64,000 bases of DNA from a virus. The notes under the pieces are model-generated. The model saw nothing but the letters and a program-made list of their open reading frames with translations. It was not told the origin of the DNA and made no database searches. The translations under genes and the position numbers were made by a program. This document shows positions 36,395 to 45,040 of this stretch, one piece after another. Every line of letters begins with the position of its first letter. Positions within the stretch are counted from its first letter, which is position 1. The stretch lies in the UHGV virus genome UHGV-0144373, one strand, 5' to 3'.

Positions 36395-36715
36395 ATGAGC
36401 AAAGTTTATAACACTCGTAAATTACAGATTTTCGTACTGTGCCAGTTTATGGCTAAAGAATACAACTTCTACTATTGTGGTACAGGTTTTATTAGCGACG
36501 ATGATGGTTCATACCTACCATTCAAAGAAGCTGTAAAACTCTTTAATGAAGAGAAAAGCTCTAAGAAAGATATTGAAAAGGTTAAGCTAACCTACAGTAA
36601 GAAAGATAAGAAAATTATCTGCCTAGATAACTTTGTAAAAGTTACTGGAGAAGCAAAAGAGTTTATGGATGAGAGTGAGATTTCATTCACAAGCATCTTG
36701 AAAGTAGCTCAGTAA
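36395..36715 (+). CDS. hypothetical protein
   Basis: 106 aa. Confidence 0.4.
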   Translation: MSKVYNTRKLQIFVLCQFMAKEYNFYYCGTGFISDDDGSYLPFKEAVKLFNEEKSSKKDIEKVKLTYSKKDKKIICLDNFVKVTGEAKEFMDESEISFTSILKVAQ

Positions 36716-36728
36716 ACAGATACTATAA

Positions 36729-36752
36729 GGGAACTGTAAAGGTTCCCTTTTT
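36729..36752 (+). terminator. intrinsic terminator
   Basis: GGGAAC-TGTAAAG-GTTCCC followed by TTTTT. Confidence 0.7.
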
Positions 36753-36766
36753 ATTTTGGAGATGAT

Positions 36767-37282
36767 ATGTATCTGTCAAACCTGAAACGTTCTGCTGCAA
36801 TGTCAGTGTTAAGACTCAGCTTTGAGGAACGTCAAGAGTTCATTGACTCCCACCAATACGACCCTTCCAACTCGAATCACATGATACTCTGGAATCGTGA
36901 GAGTACTCGTGAAAGAGCACTATTCCGCTATTACCCACACTACACTATAGATAACCTGTATGAATTGTTTGTTGTGAAGAACACCATTACAGTGCTCAAT
37001 CAACTTTGCAGATACACAGGTAGTCAATCCTTCACATTAGGCCACCACAAACCTGTTACAAAGGGTGGTGAGCATCACTGTGCAAACTGGTTTATCCAGA
37101 CTAAACTTGATAACCAGAAGCAGGGAGATAACCTTCTAAGCACACCTAAGATGACCTACGAAGAGCAAGAGAAATATATCAAAAATAATATGCCAGATGT
37201 GCTTGACAACAACTATACAGATTTGGCAATATCTCTCCTGTTGAAGTTCGAGACAGTTTATAGGGCAACTTACAATGGCTAA
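36767..37282 (+). CDS. putative HNH nuclease
   Basis: LGHHKPVTKGGEHHCANW ... NQKQGDN resembles an HNH His-Me finger. Confidence 0.45.
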   Translation: MYLSNLKRSAAMSVLRLSFEERQEFIDSHQYDPSNSNHMILWNRESTRERALFRYYPHYTIDNLYELFVVKNTITVLNQLCRYTGSQSFTLGHHKPVTKGGEHHCANWFIQTKLDNQKQGDNLLSTPKMTYEEQEKYIKNNMPDVLDNNYTDLAISLLLKFETVYRATYNG

Positions 37283-37553
37283 AGAGAAGTGGGAGATTTT
37301 ACCATTAGTCAGTGAAGGCGGTAATGGTTGCGAAATGTACATGATACGTGGTCATGTTCCAGAACCAATTGCACTTGAGATGGTAAACAACTTTACAGAT
37401 GGCTCTTACAAAGACTTAGGGGAGCCAACTATAAAGCAGCAATGGGTAAAGCCTGTACCAGACAGCACAGGTGGCTGTAGTGTACTTTATCACGTTGTAG
37501 ACCCTGCAAAATGCAAATCTGCAATGGCAGTAACAAACGTAACTTTTGATTGA
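37275..37553 (+). CDS. hypothetical protein
   Basis: 92 aa. Confidence 0.4.
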   Translation: MAKEKWEILPLVSEGGNGCEMYMIRGHVPEPIALEMVNNFTDGSYKDLGEPTIKQQWVKPVPDSTGGCSVLYHVVDPAKCKSAMAVTNVTFD

Positions 37554-37562
37554 GAGAAAATT

Positions 37563-38018
37563 ATGATTTTTTGCAGCTTCCAAAAAAGAATTATTGAGAT
37601 TCTATACAATAAGTTTGGGACAGATAACACATTTGACTCAAATGAAGCTATTGAAGCCCTACAAGAAGGAAGTGATTATATCAAAAAACAGCCAATAGCA
37701 AACATCAGGTACTACTTGACTCAGATGAGAAAGTGGGGTGTGCTCATCGTGGTAGGACAGATTAAGCAACAAGGGAGGATGCTCATCAACCAATTAAACA
37801 GAGGTTTTATTGAGAAGCACATTCAGCTAGACTATTTACTTAAAGAGCCACGAAACCAACGTGAAGAGCAGCAAAAAGACTTAAGTGGTGGTGTAGGTGT
37901 GTCTCCAGACATAAAATTCTTTATTGGTGAGTTGATGTTTGATACACTCCAAGATGCTGTTGAACACTGCAAAAAGTATATTATCAAAGTAAAACGTGCA
38001 AAAATTATTTGGGAGTAA
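37563..38018 (+). CDS. tandem paralog family member 1 (type a)
   Basis: Shares N-terminal (I/L)LYNKFG(T/Y)(D/E)(N/K)TF and C-terminal (A/E)(V/I)EHCKK ... K(R/H)(A/R)K(I/V)IWE with the next three genes. Confidence 0.6.
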   Translation: MIFCSFQKRIIEILYNKFGTDNTFDSNEAIEALQEGSDYIKKQPIANIRYYLTQMRKWGVLIVVGQIKQQGRMLINQLNRGFIEKHIQLDYLLKEPRNQREEQQKDLSGGVGVSPDIKFFIGELMFDTLQDAVEHCKKYIIKVKRAKIIWE

Positions 38019-38022
38019 TAAC

Positions 38023-38418
38023 ATGTTTGAGCTTCTGAAGGTTCTGTATATAAATTTTGGCTATGATAAAACATTTTCTGGCTCACAACTAACTAAGGTT
38101 TTTAATAAATATCTACCACATGCTTCAATCAGGGATAAAGCTAATTGGTCTCACAGATTACGTAAAAGTGGGTATATTAGCGTTGTTGGGGCGACAGGCT
38201 TTAATAATGAGTATCTTATGAGAATCAATGAAAGCAAAGCTAAAAATGTGCTTTTAAATTGTAATGACTATCAACAAAAGGATGAAGAGGTCAGTGTAGG
38301 TGAAGTAGGGTACTTCATAGGTGACATACACTTTACCAGTATGGAGGCAGCAGTTGAGCATTGTAAGAGAACGGTTATCCAAACAAAAAGAAAGCGTATT
38401 GTTTGGGAAGAAGTTTAA
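38023..38418 (+). CDS. tandem paralog family member 2 (type b)
   Basis: Start set at the ATG at 38023 (GGGAG overlapping the upstream stop); the ORF-track start at 37996 is in-frame read-through. Same N- and C-terminal signatures. Confidence 0.6.
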   Translation: MFELLKVLYINFGYDKTFSGSQLTKVFNKYLPHASIRDKANWSHRLRKSGYISVVGATGFNNEYLMRINESKAKNVLLNCNDYQQKDEEVSVGEVGYFIGDIHFTSMEAAVEHCKRTVIQTKRKRIVWEEV

Positions 38419-38439
38419 ACATTTGATTAGGAATACACT

Positions 38440-38904
38440 ATGATTTTTTGCAATTTACAGAAGCACGTAATAGAGATTTTATACAAAACCTTCGGGACAG
38501 AAAACACTTTTGACTCTAACGAAGCAATTGACACATTAAGAGAGAATAGCCTTTTTATACGAGGCCAGTCAATCAGTAATACCCGTGGGTATCTGACAAT
38601 GTTAAGACAGTCTGGTGTACTGCTGACTGTAGGGCAGGTAAAAAGCAAAGGTAGACTAAGTATTAATCAATTAAATCGAGCCTTTATGGAGAAGCACATA
38701 CAACTGTCAAGGATGCTAGATAATACGTGTGAAGAGTTGGGGAGTCCACAAAAAGCGAGTTCATCTGATGTTAAAGATGTGGATGCACAACCTGACGTAA
38801 GATACTTTATTGCTGATGTTATGTTTAAAACACTCGATGAAGCTATTGAGCACTGCAAAAAGCATCTTATTAAAGTTAAACATGCAAAAGTTATTTGGGA
38901 GTGA
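38440..38904 (+). CDS. tandem paralog family member 3 (type a)
   Basis: Closest to member 1 (MIFCNLQKHVIEILYKTFGTENTFDSNEAI ... IEHCKKHLIKVKHAKVIWE). Confidence 0.6.
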   Translation: MIFCNLQKHVIEILYKTFGTENTFDSNEAIDTLRENSLFIRGQSISNTRGYLTMLRQSGVLLTVGQVKSKGRLSINQLNRAFMEKHIQLSRMLDNTCEELGSPQKASSSDVKDVDAQPDVRYFIADVMFKTLDEAIEHCKKHLIKVKHAKVIWE

Positions 38905-38908
38905 TGCT

Positions 38909-39289
38909 ATGATTGAACTGTTAAAAGTCCTATATAATAAGTTTGGTTATGATAAAACTTTTACTTGTTCACAGATACGTAGTATCCATGATAAGGAATT
39001 TCCAAATGTATCCAAGACAAACAAGTCAACTCGGTTCAATCGTCTTCGCCAGAGGGGTTACATTAAAATAGTTGGATACAAGAATAACTCTTTCGAGTAT
39101 GTAATGCAGATTAATAGAGAAGTGTCAAGTAAAATACTTGAAGAGCCAACAGCCGAAGAACAAAAGATACAAGACGGTGAAGTTCGCTTCTTTGTGGAGA
39201 AGGAAAGTTTTGGGTCAATAGATGAAGCTATCGAATATTGTAAAAAGAACATTATTCAGGTAAAGCGTAGAAAGGTTATTTGGGAATAA
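38909..39289 (+). CDS. tandem paralog family member 4 (type b)
   Basis: Start set at 38909; closest to member 2 (MIELLKVLYNKFGYDKTFT ... IEYCKKNIIQVKRRKVIWE). Confidence 0.6.
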   Translation: MIELLKVLYNKFGYDKTFTCSQIRSIHDKEFPNVSKTNKSTRFNRLRQRGYIKIVGYKNNSFEYVMQINREVSSKILEEPTAEEQKIQDGEVRFFVEKESFGSIDEAIEYCKKNIIQVKRRKVIWE

Positions 39290-39290
39290 A

Positions 39291-39306
39291 GAGAGAGAGA
39301 GAGAGA
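39291..39306. repeat. (GA)8 dinucleotide microsatellite at the prs ribosome-binding site
   Basis: gagagagagagagaga occupies the whole space between the stop of paralog 4 and the ATG at 39311. Confidence 0.9.
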
Positions 39307-39310
39307 AGCT

Positions 39311-40192
39311 ATGAAAACATCTATCCGTGTTACAGTTCATTCACCGACTAAAGGGACTCACGAAGAAGAGTTTAACATTATCCAATTCCCTTCTGGTGAG
39401 ATTGGTGGACACTTTTCACAAGAGCTTGTTGATTTTACTGCTTATGCAGCATCATCCATCAACAACGTGGTTATGATTGTAAAGGGTTATGACAAAGACA
39501 CATTGTTTGCTGTTGCACTTGCTAAAGAAGCAATTGATGATTTAGTTCCTCATGATTATGCTCTGAAGACTGTCATTTTTTACTACTTGCCAAATGCACG
39601 ATATGACCGTCACATGTTTAAAGGCGACGCAGCAGCTTTAAAGGTTTTTGCTAAACAGATTAATGCAATGGGGTTTGGCGCAGTCTGTGCAGTTGACCCT
39701 CACAGCTATGTACCAGATAACCTGTTTAACTGCTTCCAGAGTATCCCTCAAAAGGAAATTGCAGTCCACTATGCAAATGACCCTCTGATTGATTACTTAG
39801 TAGCTCCAGATGCAGGTGCTTCTAAGAAGATTGCAGAGACTGCTAAAGAGGTAGATAAACCATACATCACAATGTCTAAAGTACGCAACCTCAAGACTGG
39901 TGAAATCACTGGTATGCGAATCCTTGATGATGTTGATTTGACAGATAAAACTGTCATGATTCTGGATGATATTTGTGATGGAGGCCGAACCTTCATAGAA
40001 GCAGCTAAACACCTCCGTAAAGCAGGTGCAAAACGTGTGGAACTATATGTAACACATGGTATCTTCTCTAAAGGTGTTGAAAACTTACTTGACAATGGTA
40101 TTGACCATATCTACACTACAAACTCTTTAGGCGAAGCTAAAGACCGTGGCTTAACACATTACGGCCAAGTTACTGTAGCAACCATTGATTGA
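39311..40192 (+). CDS. prs: ribose-phosphate pyrophosphokinase-like protein (Prs family; possibly an ADPR pyrophosphokinase of a NAD+ reconstitution pathway)
   Basis: Type I PRT motif MILDDICDGGRT and overall Prs-like length (293 aa). Confidence 0.75.
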   Translation: MKTSIRVTVHSPTKGTHEEEFNIIQFPSGEIGGHFSQELVDFTAYAASSINNVVMIVKGYDKDTLFAVALAKEAIDDLVPHDYALKTVIFYYLPNARYDRHMFKGDAAALKVFAKQINAMGFGAVCAVDPHSYVPDNLFNCFQSIPQKEIAVHYANDPLIDYLVAPDAGASKKIAETAKEVDKPYITMSKVRNLKTGEITGMRILDDVDLTDKTVMILDDICDGGRTFIEAAKHLRKAGAKRVELYVTHGIFSKGVENLLDNGIDHIYTTNSLGEAKDRGLTHYGQVTVATID

Positions 40193-40201
40193 AACTTTAT
40201 A

Positions 40202-40223
40202 GGGGCTTAAAAGCCCCATTTTG
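40202..40223 (+). terminator. hairpin, possible weak terminator
   Basis: GGGGCTT-AAA-AGCCCC followed by ATTTT. Confidence 0.4.
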
Positions 40224-40237
40224 AGAGAGATTAAAAG

Positions 40238-42019
40238 ATGACTAAATCACTTTATGCAGTACCAGCAGGTCTTAATGCAGATGCTTACAAGGCATCACAT
40301 ATATATCAGTATCCAGATGCTACACAATATCTTATGTTGAACCTGACACCACGTAGTGATAAATGGTTTAACAGTCCTTTAGCAATTGACGGTGTAGTGG
40401 CTTTTGGTATTCAACGTTTTGTTAAAGATTACTTGATAGACCACTGGAATGCCACTTTCTTTGAACGTGATAAAAAAGAAGCAATTGACGAAATCTTAGA
40501 AGTCATGAATGGTGTTCTGGGTAAAGATGCTATCGGTCGAGAGCATTGGGAAGCACTTCACGACTTAGGCTATCTACCAGTTGAAGTATACGCTGTAGAA
40601 GAAGGTGCAGTTGTTCCTATGCGTGTCCCAATGATTGTCTTCCAGAACACTGTTTCAGGCTTCCATTGGGTAGCAGGGTATCTGGAAGATGCTTTCTCTG
40701 CTGAGATTTGGAAGGCTTGCACTATTGCAACTATTGCATTGCATTACAAACGCATCTGTAAGAAGTGGGCTGACCTTACTTGCGACAATGACTTACATTT
40801 ACCCTATCAGTGCCATGACTTTGCTATGCGTGGTATGTCCGGCTTTACTGATGACGCATTTAACGCTGTAGGTCACTTAACCAGCTTTAAAGGAACTGAT
40901 AGCTTCCCTGCTGTGTATACGGCTAAACGAATCTATGGACAGTCCTACCCAATCTCTGATATTGGTAGCTCTGTACCAGCCACTGAACACTCTGTGATGT
41001 GTGCAAACATTGCTTGGGAAGGTGGTAATGAATTGATTGAAGATGAAAGACGTTTTAAAGGTGAGTTACAAACCTTCCGTCGTTTCTTAACAGAAACTTA
41101 CCCAACTGGTATTGCAAGTATTGTTTCAGACACTTATAACTTCTGGAGAACTGTGTCAGAAATCTTACCAGCACTACGTAAAGAAATTATGGAACGTGAC
41201 GGTAAACTGGTAATTCGCCCTGACTCTGGAGACCCTGTACATATTGTCACAGGTTATAAAGCAATCCACTTAGAGTGTGCTAAAAAGGCTTATTATGAGC
41301 ACCTAAGCAAGCTGGAAGCCAGTGACACAATGCTGAATGCTGTTCTGAACATGAAGCTTGAAAACATCAGCTATGGTATTGCTGGATGGCTACTGTCAGA
41401 AGGATACGAAATGGTTGTTGATAGAGAAGACTTTGAAGTTGCTGATACAGTGATGTTGAAAAATGCTTATATGGTTGGTTCTGCAAACGTTATAACACGT
41501 CCTGTGGCTGAGATTGATGGAGCTATTAAGACACTGTACAACATCTTTGGAGGAACTATTAACTCTAAAGGGTTTAAGGTACTGGATGAGCATATCGGTC
41601 TTATCTATGGTGACTCTATCACACTGGAACGTGCAAACGAAATCCTGAAGCGTCTGTATGAAATGGGTTTTGCAAGCTCTAACGTAGTATTTGGTGTAGG
41701 CTCTTACACTTACCAGTACATGACTCGTGACACCTTTGCATTTGCTGTCAAAGCAACTCTTGCAAGCATTGGTGGTAAAGAGATTATGCTTGCAAAAGAC
41801 CCTAAAACAGATAGTGGTGTTAAGAAATCTGCTTTTGGCGGTGTAGCACCTATGTGGGATGGTGATAAGTTGAAAGCTGTAGATGGCTATGGATTCCAGA
41901 GCTTTGCAGATGCACTTGAACATCCAGCTTGTGCTTTACGTTTAGTCTTTAGTGACTCTGAGCAGTACGGTTACACATCTCTTGGTGATATTCGAAATAA
42001 TATTGACAAGCAGCTTTAA
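40238..42019 (+). CDS. nadV: nicotinamide phosphoribosyltransferase-like protein (Nampt/NadV family)
   Basis: GTDSFPA ... SVPATEHS matches the conserved Nampt GTD(T/S) ... S(V/I)PA(A/T)EHS region; 593 aa. Confidence 0.8.
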   Translation: MTKSLYAVPAGLNADAYKASHIYQYPDATQYLMLNLTPRSDKWFNSPLAIDGVVAFGIQRFVKDYLIDHWNATFFERDKKEAIDEILEVMNGVLGKDAIGREHWEALHDLGYLPVEVYAVEEGAVVPMRVPMIVFQNTVSGFHWVAGYLEDAFSAEIWKACTIATIALHYKRICKKWADLTCDNDLHLPYQCHDFAMRGMSGFTDDAFNAVGHLTSFKGTDSFPAVYTAKRIYGQSYPISDIGSSVPATEHSVMCANIAWEGGNELIEDERRFKGELQTFRRFLTETYPTGIASIVSDTYNFWRTVSEILPALRKEIMERDGKLVIRPDSGDPVHIVTGYKAIHLECAKKAYYEHLSKLEASDTMLNAVLNMKLENISYGIAGWLLSEGYEMVVDREDFEVADTVMLKNAYMVGSANVITRPVAEIDGAIKTLYNIFGGTINSKGFKVLDEHIGLIYGDSITLERANEILKRLYEMGFASSNVVFGVGSYTYQYMTRDTFAFAVKATLASIGGKEIMLAKDPKTDSGVKKSAFGGVAPMWDGDKLKAVDGYGFQSFADALEHPACALRLVFSDSEQYGYTSLGDIRNNIDKQL

Positions 42020-42032
42020 AAGTATATGATAA

Positions 42033-42055
42033 GAGGCTCCTACGGGAGCCTTTTT
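42033..42055 (+). terminator. intrinsic terminator
   Basis: GAGGCTCC-TACG-GGAGCC followed by TTTTT. Confidence 0.7.
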
Positions 42056-42072
42056 AATTTCTGGAGAAAACT

Positions 42073-42408
42073 ATGAAAATCAAAGAGATGAATATCAACA
42101 TTGTCCTAGAAGAACGTTGGGAGAATATTAAGAAATCTGAAGATGGTAAAAAGTTCCTTAACAAAATTTTAGTAGCAGCTAAAGAAGAACTAACAGGTAA
42201 GGTTGCAGCAGCAATCACAATAAAGGTTTGTGTAAAAGGTCTCCCAGACAATCACCAATTTGCACTTGACGAGTTTAAAGAAGGCTTCTACAATCCAAAC
42301 AAACAGATGATTGAAAGTAACTTTGCAGTATCTACAAGTATCGTCCATGACAGAAGCTTTATCCTTTACAAAAATATGAGAGGTGAGTCATGCAAGCATA
42401 TTGGATAG
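42073..42408 (+). CDS. hypothetical protein
   Basis: 111 aa. Confidence 0.4.
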   Translation: MKIKEMNINIVLEERWENIKKSEDGKKFLNKILVAAKEELTGKVAAAITIKVCVKGLPDNHQFALDEFKEGFYNPNKQMIESNFAVSTSIVHDRSFILYKNMRGESCKHIG

Positions 42409-42563
42409 AAATTTTACTGTCACTTGGTAGTGTAGCAGTATTTGTTTACCTTCTTTGCAAGTACTATGCAGAGTGCAAGAAGTGTGATTACTGCAACGGG
42501 GAAGGGTATACAAGAGCAGGTTGTTGCCCTATTTGTGGTGGTTCTGGTAAAATGTTTAATAAG
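42390..42563 (+). CDS. small membrane-anchored zinc-finger protein (not in ORF track, 57 aa)
   Basis: ATG at 42390 with GAGAGGTGAG upstream; product MQAYWIEILLSLGSVAVFVYLLCKYY ... CDYCNGEG ... CPICGGSG has one TM helix and two DnaJ-type CxxCxGxG motifs. Confidence 0.45.
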
Positions 42564-42594
42564 TAATTTAACAGTAAACTAAGAGGAAAGTATT

Positions 42595-44961
42595 ATGCGC
42601 ATGGTAAACGACCACGCAGAAGTGCTTAAGAGTTCAACTTCTTTGGAGACATCTCAAGCACAGATTACAATGACACCTGAAATGTTCAGCCTTTTGAGTT
42701 CTGGTGTATACACATTTAAAGAGCGAGCAGTGATTCGTGAACTGTCATGTAATGCAGTGGATGCTCAGAAAGAAGCTGGAAAAGAGAACATCCCGTTCCA
42801 TGTGCATTTACCTACTCGATTTGAGCCTTACTTTGAAGTCCGTGACTTTGGAACTGGATTGACTCATGATAAAGTTATGAGTTTGTACCTAAACTACGGA
42901 GCTTCTACGAAGAATGACTCTAATGATTACATTGGTGCAATGGGTATCGGCTCAAAATCTCCATTTGCAATTGCTCAGTCATTCACAGTATCTAGCTATG
43001 TTGACGGTGTTGTTAATAAGTACTCTGTTTACCTTGAGAATGGTATCCCTCAAGTAACTAAGCTTACTACTAACCAAACAAATGAACCTAATGGTTTAGC
43101 TGTACGTGTGGCAGTTGCTGACCACCGTATTTCAAAGTTCTTTGAAGAGGCTGGTCACGTATACTCATACTTTGCTGTAAAACCAGAAAGTAACATTGTA
43201 TATGATGACGTGTTAGCAGATATGAACGTCATTGCCCGTGAAGAAGGTGTTTATGATGCTATGATTCATAAGCAAAGCTGGCGTTCTAGTGGCAACAGGA
43301 CAGATTTTAATGTGGTAATGGGTAATATTGCCTACCCAGTTAATATGGAAGCATTACTTGGCGATGATTTCTTCAAAGTCTTGCCAGAATTTTTCCGTAG
43401 GAGCGTAGACCTTGTAAACATTTACATGCCTATTGGTTCAGTGGCTATTGCAGCTTCTCGTGAAGCATTGCAGATGAATGATACGACAAAAAATGTTATT
43501 ATCGAGGCCACCAAAAAGATAACTGGAGCAATTACAAAGGATGTTATCAAGAAAGTTAATAGTCAACCTACACTCATGGATGCTGCACAGGCTTATGCTG
43601 AGTTACGTTTGAACTCACGAGAGATGTTTAATGCTGTGTGTCCAAAGCTGGAGTGGGGTGGTGTTAAGCTTGATTCTCTGGAAGAAGAATTACTAAACAT
43701 TCGTCGTGGGATTATCTACGCAGAAGACGGCTCAGTCATTTATGAACGTGACGGCAAAGGTAATATTAAGGTTGATAGGAACGGGAACAATATCCCTAAA
43801 GTAGATTATCTTTATAATCCAGTTGCTTATGTCAAGTTCAACTCTTTAGAGAGTAAGATTCGTGCAACAGCACTTTCCTACACTCAAGAGGCAAGTATGT
43901 TCAATATCTTTGGTGCAATGCGTAAAAGCCAAATTGAACAGTTTTTGTTCGTGATTAATGACCGTCGCAATAAAAATGGCACTGAGAAGACTGTAGGCCG
44001 CAATCAGATTCTGCGTGGTGCATGTCGAGATTACGCCAATGAGTCAAGTCTGTTTCACAGATACAATGGTATTGTGTTTGTATTCTCGACTGAAAAAGAG
44101 TTAGATGATTTAATCAACCTGCATAAACTTGATAAAAGCTTGTTAAAGATTGTGAAAATGTCTGATAAGGAACACCATTACCAGCGTAAAGAAGCTGTCA
44201 GGGGTGTTGTAAAACTCTGGAAAGCTGTTCCAGCAGAAGGTGTAGCCTCATACACAGAGGTGTCAGAAGACTTTGATACAATTGAAGAACCTCAGCTTTA
44301 CATTAAGGCAGTTGGTGATACAGTTGATGGCGAATGTTTTTGCTCATCTCCAGAAGATGTAGCTAAGTCAGTTGCTAATGTTACAGGGAAGACAGTCTAT
44401 GTTTTCCGAAAAGCAAATTGGAAAAAGATACCAGAAGACTGGATTGAAGTAGATGAGAAGCTCTTGAACGACAGTTTAACTGATGTTCACTGGATTAATC
44501 ATAACAGGTATATGACACGCATCTGTATGCGTGGTGTCCTTAACCTTACAAGCTGTTGGATTATTACCAGAAACTTTACGTTCAATAACAGGAAGATTTC
44601 TGATGGTTATTGCTATTCACGGGACACAAACAAAACTATCTTCCTAGAAGGTAATGAAGATGCTGTTGAGGCAATGTTCGGTAAAATCCAATACGTTGCT
44701 GCACAATTTGCATACACTTACACTATTAGTGTGTTGCAAGATTTGAAAAGGTGTCTTGACAATGATACAAAGCTTTATAAGAAAATTAAGAAAGCTGGTG
44801 ACCGTATGTTTATTAAGGTGACAAACTACTTCTCAAAAAGAAAACAAGAAAACTTCTTGCTTTCTCATTTAGATTGGAATAAAGTGTCACCCATTGAAGT
44901 GAGTAAGTTCTTGGGCTTTGATGTGAAGTGTGTTCCAGAAGGGACTACAATTTACGATTAA
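42595..44961 (+). CDS. rIIA: rIIA-like protein (GHKL ATPase fold)
   Basis: N-terminal GHKL boxes (ELSCNAVDA, VRDFGTGL, GAMGIGSKS), 788 aa, immediately upstream of an rIIB-like gene. Confidence 0.65.
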   Translation: MRMVNDHAEVLKSSTSLETSQAQITMTPEMFSLLSSGVYTFKERAVIRELSCNAVDAQKEAGKENIPFHVHLPTRFEPYFEVRDFGTGLTHDKVMSLYLNYGASTKNDSNDYIGAMGIGSKSPFAIAQSFTVSSYVDGVVNKYSVYLENGIPQVTKLTTNQTNEPNGLAVRVAVADHRISKFFEEAGHVYSYFAVKPESNIVYDDVLADMNVIAREEGVYDAMIHKQSWRSSGNRTDFNVVMGNIAYPVNMEALLGDDFFKVLPEFFRRSVDLVNIYMPIGSVAIAASREALQMNDTTKNVIIEATKKITGAITKDVIKKVNSQPTLMDAAQAYAELRLNSREMFNAVCPKLEWGGVKLDSLEEELLNIRRGIIYAEDGSVIYERDGKGNIKVDRNGNNIPKVDYLYNPVAYVKFNSLESKIRATALSYTQEASMFNIFGAMRKSQIEQFLFVINDRRNKNGTEKTVGRNQILRGACRDYANESSLFHRYNGIVFVFSTEKELDDLINLHKLDKSLLKIVKMSDKEHHYQRKEAVRGVVKLWKAVPAEGVASYTEVSEDFDTIEEPQLYIKAVGDTVDGECFCSSPEDVAKSVANVTGKTVYVFRKANWKKIPEDWIEVDEKLLNDSLTDVHWINHNRYMTRICMRGVLNLTSCWIITRNFTFNNRKISDGYCYSRDTNKTIFLEGNEDAVEAMFGKIQYVAAQFAYTYTISVLQDLKRCLDNDTKLYKKIKKAGDRMFIKVTNYFSKRKQENFLLSHLDWNKVSPIEVSKFLGFDVKCVPEGTTIYD

Positions 44962-45040
44962 AGTGTTTGACAAGGGGCTTTGAAGCCCCTTAGAATAGCC
45001 TCACAAAATGAGTTATTAACTAACAAGAGAGAGTAATAAG

